Positions 41,804-51,541 of a stretch of 64,000 nt of DNA are shown in pieces. The notes below the pieces were generated by a model. The model was not told the origin of the DNA. It searched no databases and saw only the letters and a list, made by a program, of their open reading frames with translations. The translations under genes were made by a program, and so were the position numbers. Origin of the DNA: Alphaproteobacteria bacterium (lineage in GTDB: Bacteria > Pseudomonadota > Alphaproteobacteria > MPNO01 > UBA830); the NCBI GenBank assembly GCA_965243135.1, contig OZ251539.1, positions 4,864,001 through 4,928,000 on the forward strand. Reading direction: 5' to 3'. Numbering within the stretch: the stretch's first letter is position 1; the number at the start of each line of letters is the position of its first letter.

Positions 41804-42379
41804 ATGAGCGACGAAAAGAGTGCCGGCGGCTATCTGACGGGACAGCTCCTTGTGGCCATGCCCCAAATGCTGGACCCCCGGTTCGCCAGATCGGTGATCT
41901 ACATGTGCGCCCACACCGAGGACGGCGCGATGGGCCTGGTCGTCAACAAGCTGATGGACAAGATCAGTTTTCCCGACCTTCTGGAGCAGCTCGGCCTTGA
42001 GGCGGCGTCCAGGGACAACGACCTCCGGGTCCATTTCGGCGGACCGGTCGATAGCGGCAGGGGTTTCGTGCTGCATACGGCGGATTACGTCCAGGATGCG
42101 ACGATGGTCATCGACGAACGGGTCGCGCTGACCGCGACCACCGACATCCTGAAGGACATTGCCGACGGCCAGGGACCTCGCAACAGCCTTTTCGCGCTGG
42201 GTTACGCCGGCTGGGGGCCGGGGCAGCTCGACGGCGAAATCCAGGCCAACGGCTGGCTGTCCGTCGTCGCCGACGACGGACTGGTGTTCGCCAGCGACCC
42301 GGAAGCGGCATGGGACGCGGCGCTCGCCAAGATCGGCGTCACTCCCTCCATGCTGTCGGGAGATGCGGGGCACGCCTGA
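41804..42379 (+). CDS. YqgE/AlgH family protein
   Basis: LLVAMPQMLDPRF, FGGPVDSGRGFVLH, GYAGWGPGQL. Confidence 0.93.
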   Translation: MSDEKSAGGYLTGQLLVAMPQMLDPRFARSVIYMCAHTEDGAMGLVVNKLMDKISFPDLLEQLGLEAASRDNDLRVHFGGPVDSGRGFVLHTADYVQDATMVIDERVALTATTDILKDIADGQGPRNSLFALGYAGWGPGQLDGEIQANGWLSVVADDGLVFASDPEAAWDAALAKIGVTPSMLSGDAGHA

Positions 42380-42400
42380 CTGCCGCCGCGCCGCCGCGGG

Positions 42401-43663
42401 TCACGGCTCCAAGCGCCCCCTTACGGCTTCGTAGTCGTCCAGACCCTGCACGGGTCCGAGCGCCGCCAGCGTAGGCGGCGAGGCGAGGAGTCGGCGCGCG
42501 ACCCGGCGTACGTCTTCGGCCGAAACGGCTTCGATGAGTTCCACCGTCTCCGCGACCGGCACGATCCGGCCGCGGATCTGCACCTGCCGCGCAAGACGTT
42601 CCGCGCGCGCGGTCGTGTTTTCCAGCGTCATAAGGATGCCCGCCTGCATCATGGTGCGGGCGCGGACAAGTTCCGGCTCGGACATCGGGTCGCTCGCGAC
42701 CTTCGCGAGCTCGCCGCACACGACGGCGGCGAGCTCGCTTATCTCGGCCTGCCCCGTTCCCGCATAGATCCCGAAGACGCCGCCGTCGGCGTAATGCGAC
42801 GCGAAAGGGTAGATCGAATAGACGAGGCCGCGCTTCTCGCGCGCTTCCTGGAACAGGCGCGACGACGCGCCGCCGCCGAGCGCCGTCGAGAGGACGGAAA
42901 GCGGGTAGTAATCAGGGTCGGAGAACCCGACTCCATCGAAACCCAGCGCCAGATGAGCCTGTTCGAGATCGCGAACCTCCCGCCGGTCGCCGCCGGCATA
43001 GGAGGCCGGCTCCGGATCGCTGTCGCCAGCTTCGGCGACGCTCCCGAACGCGTCCTCGGCGAGGCGTAAAATCCGGTCGTGGTCGAGATTCCCCGCCGCG
43101 GCCAGAATCATGCGATCGCTCCCGTAATGGGAGGCCATGTAGTCGATCAGCGTCCGGCTGGACATTCGACCGACGACGTCGGCGGTCCCCATGACGGGAC
43201 GCCCGAGCGGCTGGTCCGGATAGGCCGCCTCCTGAAACCAGTCGAAGACGACGTCTTCCGGCATATCCGCCGCCTGGCCGATCTCCTGGAGCACGACGCC
43301 GCGTTCCCGGTCGAGTTCGGCCTCGTCGAAGGCGGAGTTCAGCAGGATGTCGGCAATGATGTCGATCGCCAGCGGAACGTGCCGCTTGAGGACCGACGCA
43401 TGATAGACCGTCGCCTCGGCGGACGTGTGGGCGTTGAGGTAACCGCCGACGTCCTCGATTTCGCAAGCGATGTCGAAGGCCGACCTCCTTCGGGTTCCCT
43501 TGAAGGCCATATGCTCCAGGAGGTGGGAAACTCCGTTCGCTTCCGCCGGCTCGTTCCGCGTGCCGACATCGACCCAGATGCCGAGCGAAACGGATTCGAC
43601 CGATTCCATGCGGTCGGTGACGACTCGCAAGCCGTTCGGCAAATTCGCGGTCGTTATGCTCAC
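42401..43663 (-). CDS. M16 family zinc peptidase
   Basis: HLLEHMAFKGT (HXXEH). Confidence 0.93.
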   Translation of the reverse strand: MSITTANLPNGLRVVTDRMESVESVSLGIWVDVGTRNEPAEANGVSHLLEHMAFKGTRRRSAFDIACEIEDVGGYLNAHTSAEATVYHASVLKRHVPLAIDIIADILLNSAFDEAELDRERGVVLQEIGQAADMPEDVVFDWFQEAAYPDQPLGRPVMGTADVVGRMSSRTLIDYMASHYGSDRMILAAAGNLDHDRILRLAEDAFGSVAEAGDSDPEPASYAGGDRREVRDLEQAHLALGFDGVGFSDPDYYPLSVLSTALGGGASSRLFQEAREKRGLVYSIYPFASHYADGGVFGIYAGTGQAEISELAAVVCGELAKVASDPMSEPELVRARTMMQAGILMTLENTTARAERLARQVQIRGRIVPVAETVELIEAVSAEDVRRVARRLLASPPTLAALGPVQGLDDYEAVRGRLEP

Positions 43664-45054
43664 CGGTTCCGCCGTCGCTGGACGAGATCCCGAACGGCGT
43701 CCGACCGGTTGGGGACGACCTCGAACCGTTCCTCGCGCTCGAACAGATCCGCCATGGCCTCAGGGAGCGGCGGACGGACGCCTGTCGCCGCCTCGACGGC
43801 GTCGGGAAATTTCGCCGGATGCGCGGTCGCGAGGCAAACCATGGGCCTCGCGGGATCGCCGCGCTCGCGCCGCGCCGCGTCCACTCCGATCGCGCTGTGC
43901 GGGTCGAGCAGTTCGCCCGCGCTCTCGAAAACTTCCCGCATGACGCGCGTCGTTCCTTCGTCGTCGAGCCGCGCGGCGGCGAACGCCGCCCGCGCCTTCG
44001 AAAGGCGGGCGTCGTCGAGCGCCATGCGCCCGCGGCCGCGGAACTCGTCCATCCAGCGCGCGACCGCCGGGCCGTCGCCGTCGAACAGATCGAACAAGAT
44101 GCGTTCGAAATTGCTGGAAACCTGGATGTCCATGCTGGGAGAGAGCGTAGGCCGGACCTCCGAGATCGCCATGTCGCCGGTTTCGAAGAACCGGTACAGA
44201 ATGTCGTTGCGATTGACGCCGACGATCAGCTTCTCGACCGGGATCCCCATCTTCCCGGCCGCCCATCCGGCGAGGGCGTTGCCGAAATTGCCGGTGGGAA
44301 CCGAGAACCGGACGGCCCGTCCGGGCGCGCCGAGCCGCGCGGCGGCGAACGCGTAATAGACGATCTGGGCCATTACCCGCGCCCAGTTGATGGAGTTCGC
44401 GGCGGAAAGGCCGTGCGCCCTGGAAAACTGCGCATCGGCGAACAGGGCCTTAACGATGTCCTGGCAATCGTCGAACGTGCCCTGGACGGCGATCGCATGA
44501 ACGTTGTCCGCGCAAGCGGTCGTCATCTGCCGCCGCTGCACCGGCGACACCCGGCCTTCCGGAAAGAGAACGAACACGTCGACGTTGTCGCGCCCCCGGC
44601 ACGCCTCGATCGCCGCCGACCCCGTGTCCCCCGACGTCGCGCCGACGATCGTTATCCGTCCGCCCCGGCGAGACAGCGCGTGATCGAACATGCGTCCGAC
44701 GAGCTGAAGCGCGTAGTCCTTGAACGCCCATGTGGGCCCGTGAAAAAGCTCCATCAGCCAATCGTTGGACGCGATTTGCCGGAGCGGCGCGACCGCCGGA
44801 TGGCGAAAGTCAGCGTAAGCTTCCCCGATCATGCGTTCCAGATCGGAGTCCGGGATTGCGCCGTCCACGAACGGCCGCAATATCCGAAACGCGACGTCGG
44901 CATAGGACAACGCCGCCATCTCCGCGATCTCGCCTTCCTGCAGCCGCGGCCATTGCGAGGGCATATAGAGTCCGCCATCGGCGGCGAGTCCCGTCAGCAA
45001 TACGTCGTCGAACGCGAGAACGGGCGCGTTGCCGCGCGTGGAAACGTATTTCAC
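43660..45054 (-). CDS. thrC: threonine synthase
   Basis: MKYVSTRG, FHGPTWAFKD, ATSGDTGSA, PTGNFGN, TAHPAKF. Confidence 0.96.
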   Translation of the reverse strand: MKYVSTRGNAPVLAFDDVLLTGLAADGGLYMPSQWPRLQEGEIAEMAALSYADVAFRILRPFVDGAIPDSDLERMIGEAYADFRHPAVAPLRQIASNDWLMELFHGPTWAFKDYALQLVGRMFDHALSRRGGRITIVGATSGDTGSAAIEACRGRDNVDVFVLFPEGRVSPVQRRQMTTACADNVHAIAVQGTFDDCQDIVKALFADAQFSRAHGLSAANSINWARVMAQIVYYAFAAARLGAPGRAVRFSVPTGNFGNALAGWAAGKMGIPVEKLIVGVNRNDILYRFFETGDMAISEVRPTLSPSMDIQVSSNFERILFDLFDGDGPAVARWMDEFRGRGRMALDDARLSKARAAFAAARLDDEGTTRVMREVFESAGELLDPHSAIGVDAARRERGDPARPMVCLATAHPAKFPDAVEAATGVRPPLPEAMADLFEREERFEVVPNRSDAVRDLVQRRRNR

Positions 45055-45439
45055 AAGCGGAATCTCCTGGATGCGCGGAATGTAGAGGGGGAGCGGCGCG
45101 TGTCAAACGGCCTCGTGCCGCTCGGTAATTATTGCGAGTCAGGGAAAAAGGGAACCGAATTCCCCGGCGGTTGGACGACAGCGACGCATAAGGCGTCGTT
45201 CCGGCAAGGCCCGCGGTTCGTCGCCGAACTTCGCGGAATCGGCGCGACGTCCGCCCCTGCTTGCGCTCGGCAAGGGTCTTGCGGCGGAAGCGCGCGAGCG
45301 GTTGTCGAGATTGCCGCGGAGATGCTTGACCGCTTCGGGCGCCGGTCGTTCCGGCGACCGGCGAAGCGTCCGGCGGCTCCGCGGTTGTTGATTCGCCGCA
45401 TGGAGCGCTCGTTTCCTCAGCCGACGCGTTACCCGCCGC

Positions 45440-46924
45440 TCAGAGATAACGCGCCTCCAGATGCGCCTTGAAGGCCGCCGTGCCAAGGTGCGCGCCGGTG
45501 GTTTCCTCAAGAAGCTCGCCGGTCGAGCGGGAGGAGGCCTTGGCATGCAAATGCACGCGCATCCATTCGAGCAGCGGCGCGAATTCTCCCTTCGCCAGCG
45601 CCTGCGGCAGCCCGGGATTGGCCGCCTTCGCGGCGGCGTAGAGTTGCGCGGCGGCGAGCGCGCCCAGCGTGTAGGTGGGGAAGTACCCCCATGCGCCGTC
45701 GTACCAGTGAATGTCCTGCAGGCAGCCCAGCCGGTCGTTCGGCGGGCGTATGCCGAGAAGCCGCTCCGACGCGTCGTTCCAGGCGCCGGGCAAATCGGAA
45801 ACCGCCAGATCCCCTTCGATCATCGCGCGCTCCAGGCGGTACCGCAGAACGACATGCGCGGGATAGGTGATCTCGTCCGCGTCGACCCGGATGAAACCCG
45901 GTTCGACGCGCGTATACAGGCGGTGGAAGTTGTCGGCGTCCCAGCCCTCGCCGGCGCTGTCGAACGCTTCGCGCATCTCGGGAACCGCGTACTCGAGGAA
46001 ATCCCGGCCGCGACAGACCTGCATCTCGACGAGCAGCGACTGGCTTTCGTGCAGAACCATGCCGCGCGCCCCGCCCACGGGCTGGTACCGCCAGTCCTCC
46101 GGCAGGTTGGTCTCGTAGAGCGCGTGACCGGTTTCGTGCAGGACGCCCATCAGGCTTTCCGTGAAATCCTCCTCGCTGTAGCGCGTGGTCACCCGCACGT
46201 CTCCGGGAACGCCGCCGCAAAACGGGTGCAAGCTGACGTCCAGCCGTCCGCGGTCGAAGTCGAACCCGAAAGCGCGCATCAGGCGTTCCGCCAACGCCCG
46301 TTGCCGATCGATCGGAAAAGGCCCTTCCGGCAGCTTTCCCCGCCCGTTTTCCGCCTGGACGGACAGCGCCCGGTCGAGAACGTCCGGCAAGAACGCTTCG
46401 AGGTCGGAAAACAACGCCTCGATGCGGTCCGCCCGGCCGCCCGGTTCGTACTGATCGAGAAGCGCGTCGTAGGGAGAGCAGCCGAGCAGTGCCGCCTTCG
46501 CCGCGGCGGTCTCGCGCGCGAGCGTCAGCACTTCGCCGAGCAAAGGCGCGACGCTCGCGAAGTCGCCGGCCGGCCGCGCGTCCCGCCAGGCCAGTTCGCA
46601 GGATGCGCAGGCGCGGGTCGTCATCTCGACAAGCCGGGCGTCGACCGCATTCGCGTGAATCCAGCTGCGGCGCATCTCGCGAAGATTGGCCTTTCGCCAA
46701 GGATCGTCGATCTCCGCCCGTTCGGCGTCGTCGAGCAGTTCTGCCAGGCGCGGGTCCGTCTTCATCTCGTGAACGACAAGGCGCAGGGCGGAGAGTTGCT
46801 CGGTGCGCGCCTGCCCGCCGCCCGGCGGCATCAGCACCGACCTGTCCCAATGCAGCACGGCCGCGGCCTGGCCAAGCGCTCCCATTTGCCGGAAGCGCTT
46901 CTCGAGTTCCGAATACGCGGACAA
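45440..46924 (-). CDS. carboxypeptidase M32
   Basis: HPFC, HETGHALYE, HESQS, IRVDADE, QDIHW, GYFPTYTLG. Confidence 0.95.
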   Translation of the reverse strand: MSAYSELEKRFRQMGALGQAAAVLHWDRSVLMPPGGGQARTEQLSALRLVVHEMKTDPRLAELLDDAERAEIDDPWRKANLREMRRSWIHANAVDARLVEMTTRACASCELAWRDARPAGDFASVAPLLGEVLTLARETAAAKAALLGCSPYDALLDQYEPGGRADRIEALFSDLEAFLPDVLDRALSVQAENGRGKLPEGPFPIDRQRALAERLMRAFGFDFDRGRLDVSLHPFCGGVPGDVRVTTRYSEEDFTESLMGVLHETGHALYETNLPEDWRYQPVGGARGMVLHESQSLLVEMQVCRGRDFLEYAVPEMREAFDSAGEGWDADNFHRLYTRVEPGFIRVDADEITYPAHVVLRYRLERAMIEGDLAVSDLPGAWNDASERLLGIRPPNDRLGCLQDIHWYDGAWGYFPTYTLGALAAAQLYAAAKAANPGLPQALAKGEFAPLLEWMRVHLHAKASSRSTGELLEETTGAHLGTAAFKAHLEARYL

Positions 46925-46934
46925 GGTCCCTCTC

Positions 46935-47606
46935 TTACCGCCGAAGGTGATAAACTACGTAGACGACCGCGAGGACGAGGGCCAGGCCGAACCAGGTCAG
47001 CGCGTATCCCAGATGCCTGTTGGGGATCTCGCCGAGCGCGGGGGCCGCTACGGGGTAGCCTTCGCGGCCGTCCCGCATCAGAACGGCGTAAAGCGGACGT
47101 GCGTCGGCAAGACCGGCATGCGCGGCCATGCGGGCGACATCGACGAAGAACCACTGGCCGGAGCCGGGATCGTTGTCCGGCACCCAGCGATTCGGCCGCC
47201 CGCCGCGGCGCAGCACGCCGACCGTTTCCACGAGTCCCTTCGGACGCGAAACCGGCGTCCGATCAAGCGGCGCCCAACCCCGGTCGACGAGAATGCCGCC
47301 GCCCGCCTCCAGCCGCATCGGCGTCAGCAGCCCGTGTCCCGCCATGCCCCGAAGGGTGCGGTTGAGAACCGGCAATTCCCGATCATGAAGATACCGGCCG
47401 CGCAGGATCACGCGTCTGCCCTCGTCGCCGCTTGCGGCGGTCTCGGCCCGCACAGGGGGCTCGGCAAGGCGCGCTGCGCGTTCGGCGATCAGTTTTTCCT
47501 TCCAGTCCAGGCGCTCGACCTGCCAGACTCCGAGACCCGCCAGCACCGCCATCGCCGGTATGGCGCAGGCGGTCAGCCGGAGGTCGATGCGACGCCCGGC
47601 CGTCAT
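46935..47606 (-). CDS. SURF1 family protein
   Basis: LGVWQVERLDWK, LVDRGW, NRHLGYALTWFGLA. Confidence 0.9.
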   Translation of the reverse strand: MTAGRRIDLRLTACAIPAMAVLAGLGVWQVERLDWKEKLIAERAARLAEPPVRAETAASGDEGRRVILRGRYLHDRELPVLNRTLRGMAGHGLLTPMRLEAGGGILVDRGWAPLDRTPVSRPKGLVETVGVLRRGGRPNRWVPDNDPGSGQWFFVDVARMAAHAGLADARPLYAVLMRDGREGYPVAAPALGEIPNRHLGYALTWFGLALVLAVVYVVYHLRR

Positions 47607-47900
47607 GCCCTGACGTTCCTGCAATGCGGCGCCGCCGGAACGCCCATGAAGGAGCGGAGCGGGACGATGGAGAGAAACACGGGGACTGCCGGCCGGACCG
47701 GAGGCGCAGAGGCGGTTTTGAAGCCCAAGGCAAGACCGGCGGCGCCGGCCAGGAAGACGGCGAAAACGGCGGAACCTTCGCTGGCATCCGGCGGACTGCA
47801 CGCTTCGCAGTCTTCCCGAATTTCAAGGAGTTCTTTCAGAAGCTTTCTGCGCCCTGCCCGACCGGGTTTCGCTCCAAAACAGGTTATCGTCTTCGAGGCC
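47603..47900 (-). pseudogene. degraded DUF983 gene
   Basis: KLLKELLEIREDCEAC...DASEGSAVFAVFLAG resembles DUF983; first CxxC lost; overlaps the SURF1 start as in alphaproteobacterial cox operons. Confidence 0.5.
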
Positions 47901-48021
47901 GGAGGACAGGTGGCGAATTCGCGAGAGCCGTCGCCGGGATGCTCGGTCCGGCGCGGTGCCGGAGTACGGCGCCAAGCGCCTGTCGCGGAGCTGGCCGGAA
48001 CTTCGTCGGCGACCTCGCGCG

Positions 48022-50163
48022 TTACCGGCAAGGGAAGGCCTCGGGCAGGTACTCCAGCAGCGCCGTCGTCCCGATCATCTCGATGAAACGCACGGACATG
48101 TCGGTTCCTCCGACGTCCGTCAGTCGCAACGGCTGTTTCAGCTTGAAATGGACAGGCTGCTGTTTGCCCTCGTCGATCGCCACGTTATTGGCGTATAGAT
48201 GCATGCGGTCGAGATTGTCGAGGACAGGATCCAGTCTCCCCTGCAGGCGGGGCAACCGGCCGCCTTCTTCAGTGAACACGGCCGAGCCTCCCGAAGGCAG
48301 CTCGCGGAGTTCGATCGCAAGCGCTTCCGGCGGCAACCAGCGGCGCTCGACATGCGCGGCATACCCGGGCGTCGCGCAAAAAACGGTTATCGGAAGCTGC
48401 GAGTGAAACTCGAAATGGACGCGGCCGAACGTATCGGTGTCCCGCTGTATCCGGGTCTTGTTCGGATAAAGCGCAACGACCGTCACCCCAGGTAGCGGCC
48501 GGCGGCCGCAGAACACGGTCAACTCGCCCGCGATACCTTCCGTCGGCGGGCGAGCGGAGGGAAGCGTCAAGCGAAGTTCCGCGCCTCCCAACAGTTCGTA
48601 GAACGGGTCGTTTCCCGCAAGGGCCCAAGTTCGTTCATAAATGATCGGCACTCCTTCCCCGCGCTGCTCAAGGAAGTACTGCCGGTTTCCCGCTCCATCG
48701 ACGTCTCCGGCCGGGAGTCGACGAAACACCGAAGCCAGAACCTCGTTCCTCGTAGCCTGACGGTCGCGCATATCTTCGATTCGCAACGCGTTGGGCAGAG
48801 CGCCGGGCGAGTACAACTCCATCCGGTCATCGAAGATGAAGAGCCGCGTTCTCGCATTTTCCATCGAATAGTCACGATGAACCACGGCGTTGACGATCGC
48901 TTCGAACACAGCTCCTGGATCGAATTGCGGCGTTTCCATACGCCCGGGCGCTTTCCGCGCCGCGACATGCGTGTTGAACCTGACGAATCTGACGGCGTCC
49001 CGGATCTGCTGATCCAGCGGACCGACGATGGTTGCGGCATCAAGCTGACCCGCCGCACCGAGGACCGTGCCGTCATAGCGCACTGCCTCGATTACGGCCC
49101 CGCCTATGTATCTGTCCGGACGTTCGGCGCAGAGCAGCACTCCAGCGACAGTCGCGCCCGTTGCGCCATTGTCTGCTTCGCGCAACAAACCCAGCTTCAG
49201 GAGCTGCGCGTCAACGGCCTCCGTCACGCGCGAACTCGTCAACCTGTCGACAAGCGCCGCCTCGAGGGTGTTACGGCCCGTGCCGACGACGACCGCTTCG
49301 TCCGGTCCCAGCCGCCCGGAACGCCCGCGCTTCTGAAACAGACGGTCCAGCGCGACGGACGACAGTTGTCGCTTCTCGCTGCCATGCCTGTGCATGTAGC
49401 CGCCGGGACTCCTGTGAACGCTCGTGCTCTGCTGGACTTCCACGACAAGTACCGACCGGTTGTCCGGCAGGGCCACCCGCTGGTTTATTATCGACAGTTC
49501 CGGCTTGATGCTGTCCCGACAAATTTCCCTTATCCCATCTTCACCATTTTTCACAGGATCTATCCTATAATACATTGAATATAAAAACAGAAAAAATTTT
49601 GGTGACGCTGTATGTCACTACATTTTGTTGCGTTGCCCGTGCCGGTCGGTTCCGACGCCGACAGTACGCACATGCAATCCGCCAGCCCGTTTCGGATTTA
49701 CCCCGACTTTCGTGATACCGTGAGCCGCTAAACATGTTCCGCATATGCGAATGTCACATGTCGGAATTTTAGCGGACTGCGCAGCTTATTTCAAGGTGAA
49801 TTTTGGCAAAATCTGAAATTATGGCACTACAACGAAGAATCCAGAATTGGTTTTCAGCTATATCAACAGGTTATACATGTAGGATTGGCCGAAAACGCCC
49901 GATTCAGCCAGAAAGTGGCGAAGATGGGTTATGAACTTTTCCAGTTCATCCATCTGCTCCCTGCTCATCGGGCGAACCTCGCCGGCTACGCTGAAAATCA
50001 ACGTACCCCCGACAGTGTTTCCCAAAGCGGCCAATTCGTCGGCAACGTCCCGACGCTCTGGAGCGTTGACGCGGTTGGTTCCGAAAAAAACTTCTTTGAA
50101 CTCCACCCGGCTGTCTTCGCCGAGTTCGAACTGCTTCAGCACGCGCGCTTCCGTCCAAGGCAT
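48022..50163 (-). pseudogene. Schlafen/AlbA_2 + HATPase_c_4-type protein interrupted by a MITE
   Basis: GEDSRVEFKE...LAALGNTVGGTLIF, then after the insert REICRDSIKP...EAIVNAVVHRDY...YSPGAL; removing 399 bp restores a 1743-bp frame. Confidence 0.85.
49533..49929. mobile_element. 397-bp AT-rich non-autonomous element (MITE) with TA duplication
   Basis: Terminal IRs TCCCATCTTCACCATTTT and AAAGTGGCGAAGATGGGT, flanked by TA at 49531-49532 and 49930-49931. Confidence 0.85.
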
Positions 50164-50466
50164 CGCAACCAACCCAGCGTTGTGTACGGTCAAAACGGCA
50201 TCGACCAACGGCCCGGTTACGCTGCCGCGCTCGTTCGGTTCCCGGGCTGGCGCGGAGCCGAGGTCCGCGTGCTCGGCAAGCGGACAAGACAATACCGCCT
50301 GTCGCGCTCATTGCGAAACCGCTCTGCCGGTCCGTCCCCGGCGCGCCGGCCGCGGACGAGCCGCAAACGCGGCCGGCTCGGGAAAGCGGAGTCGCTTACG
50401 GCGCCGAAACTCGCGGCTTCGCGCGTCCCAAACGCCGACCCTTCATCGGCTCGGCCGAAGGGCCGC

Positions 50467-51528
50467 CTACGATTCAGTGTTGTCGGGATCGTCGAGATAG
50501 TCTTCCATCTTCGAGGTCAGCTTCTCGGAATCGCCAGCTGTCAGCATGTAACTCCAACCCTTTACTCTCGCGTTGATTTCGTCGACGGCCTTCTTCGCTG
50601 TCTTTCTGGCTTCTGGATCGGTCACGCTGTCGTCCACCGCCGCCGAGAAACGGCCCCAGTGGTCATCCCCGAACTTCGCGACATCGATCCGCACGGTAAA
50701 CCCGTTCCAGACGGTATAATGCGCGGTCCAGATCTCGGAGGGCCATTCTTGGTTTTCGGCCGCTTTCACGTCGTCCAGCATCATGCGCCACATCACGCCG
50801 CCGAGGGGATTCGCCTCGTCGTCGTTCTTCATCTTGCGGCCTTCGGGAATGTCCAGCAGCCTGAAGTTCTTGTCTTCCTCCTTGTCCTTGGCGACGATGA
50901 ACCGGTCGCCGTCGGGTTGCAGGATCGAAACGCGGCGGACATGCTCCTGGCCGTAGTCGACGATCTGCCGTTCCATCCAGTCGATCGGCTCCGCGCCGAT
51001 CCGGATCTCGCCGCGGACCAGCCACGTTTCCTTCTCGTCCGCGCGCCGGATATAGGTGCCGGCGCCGCCGGCGCCGAACAAGTCGGCGTTGAGCTTGCCG
51101 ACCACGACGTCCGCGAGGACGTCGCCGGTTCCGGTTGCGAAGACAAGCTTTCTCGATTTAGCCTCGGGTCCGGTCGGCGGCTCGAGCTCCAGACGGACAT
51201 AACGCTCCGGATCGGCGGTTTTGCGTTCGATCAGCTTGAAGTTGGCCACCCCGACGATCGCGGACTTGACCTTTTCGAACGCCGCGGGATAGCCGTCCTT
51301 CTGGTCGACTCCCCAACCGTCGCCGTCCCGCGTCAGCGTGAACTGGCCCTTGGCGGTCCGCACCTCGATCCTGGCCGCGTCGTTGACCTTCCCGGCCAGA
51401 TCGGGAAACGCGGCCTCCGTTCCCGCCGTGAGCGACGTCGTTTGCAGCTTGCCGGAAACGGCGACGGCTGCGGCCGCGACGGCGGCGGCCGTGAGGCCGG
51501 CGAAAACGTAAAAAGTTGCGGGTTTCAT
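50467..51528 (-). CDS. DUF4340 domain protein
   Basis: N-terminal membrane anchor, KDGYPA, TYIRRADE..TWLVRG; last gene of the Gld-like ABC operon. Confidence 0.8.
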   Translation of the reverse strand: MKPATFYVFAGLTAAAVAAAAVAVSGKLQTTSLTAGTEAAFPDLAGKVNDAARIEVRTAKGQFTLTRDGDGWGVDQKDGYPAAFEKVKSAIVGVANFKLIERKTADPERYVRLELEPPTGPEAKSRKLVFATGTGDVLADVVVGKLNADLFGAGGAGTYIRRADEKETWLVRGEIRIGAEPIDWMERQIVDYGQEHVRRVSILQPDGDRFIVAKDKEEDKNFRLLDIPEGRKMKNDDEANPLGGVMWRMMLDDVKAAENQEWPSEIWTAHYTVWNGFTVRIDVAKFGDDHWGRFSAAVDDSVTDPEARKTAKKAVDEINARVKGWSYMLTAGDSEKLTSKMEDYLDDPDNTES

Positions 51529-51541
51529 CTGCCCCTCCGTT

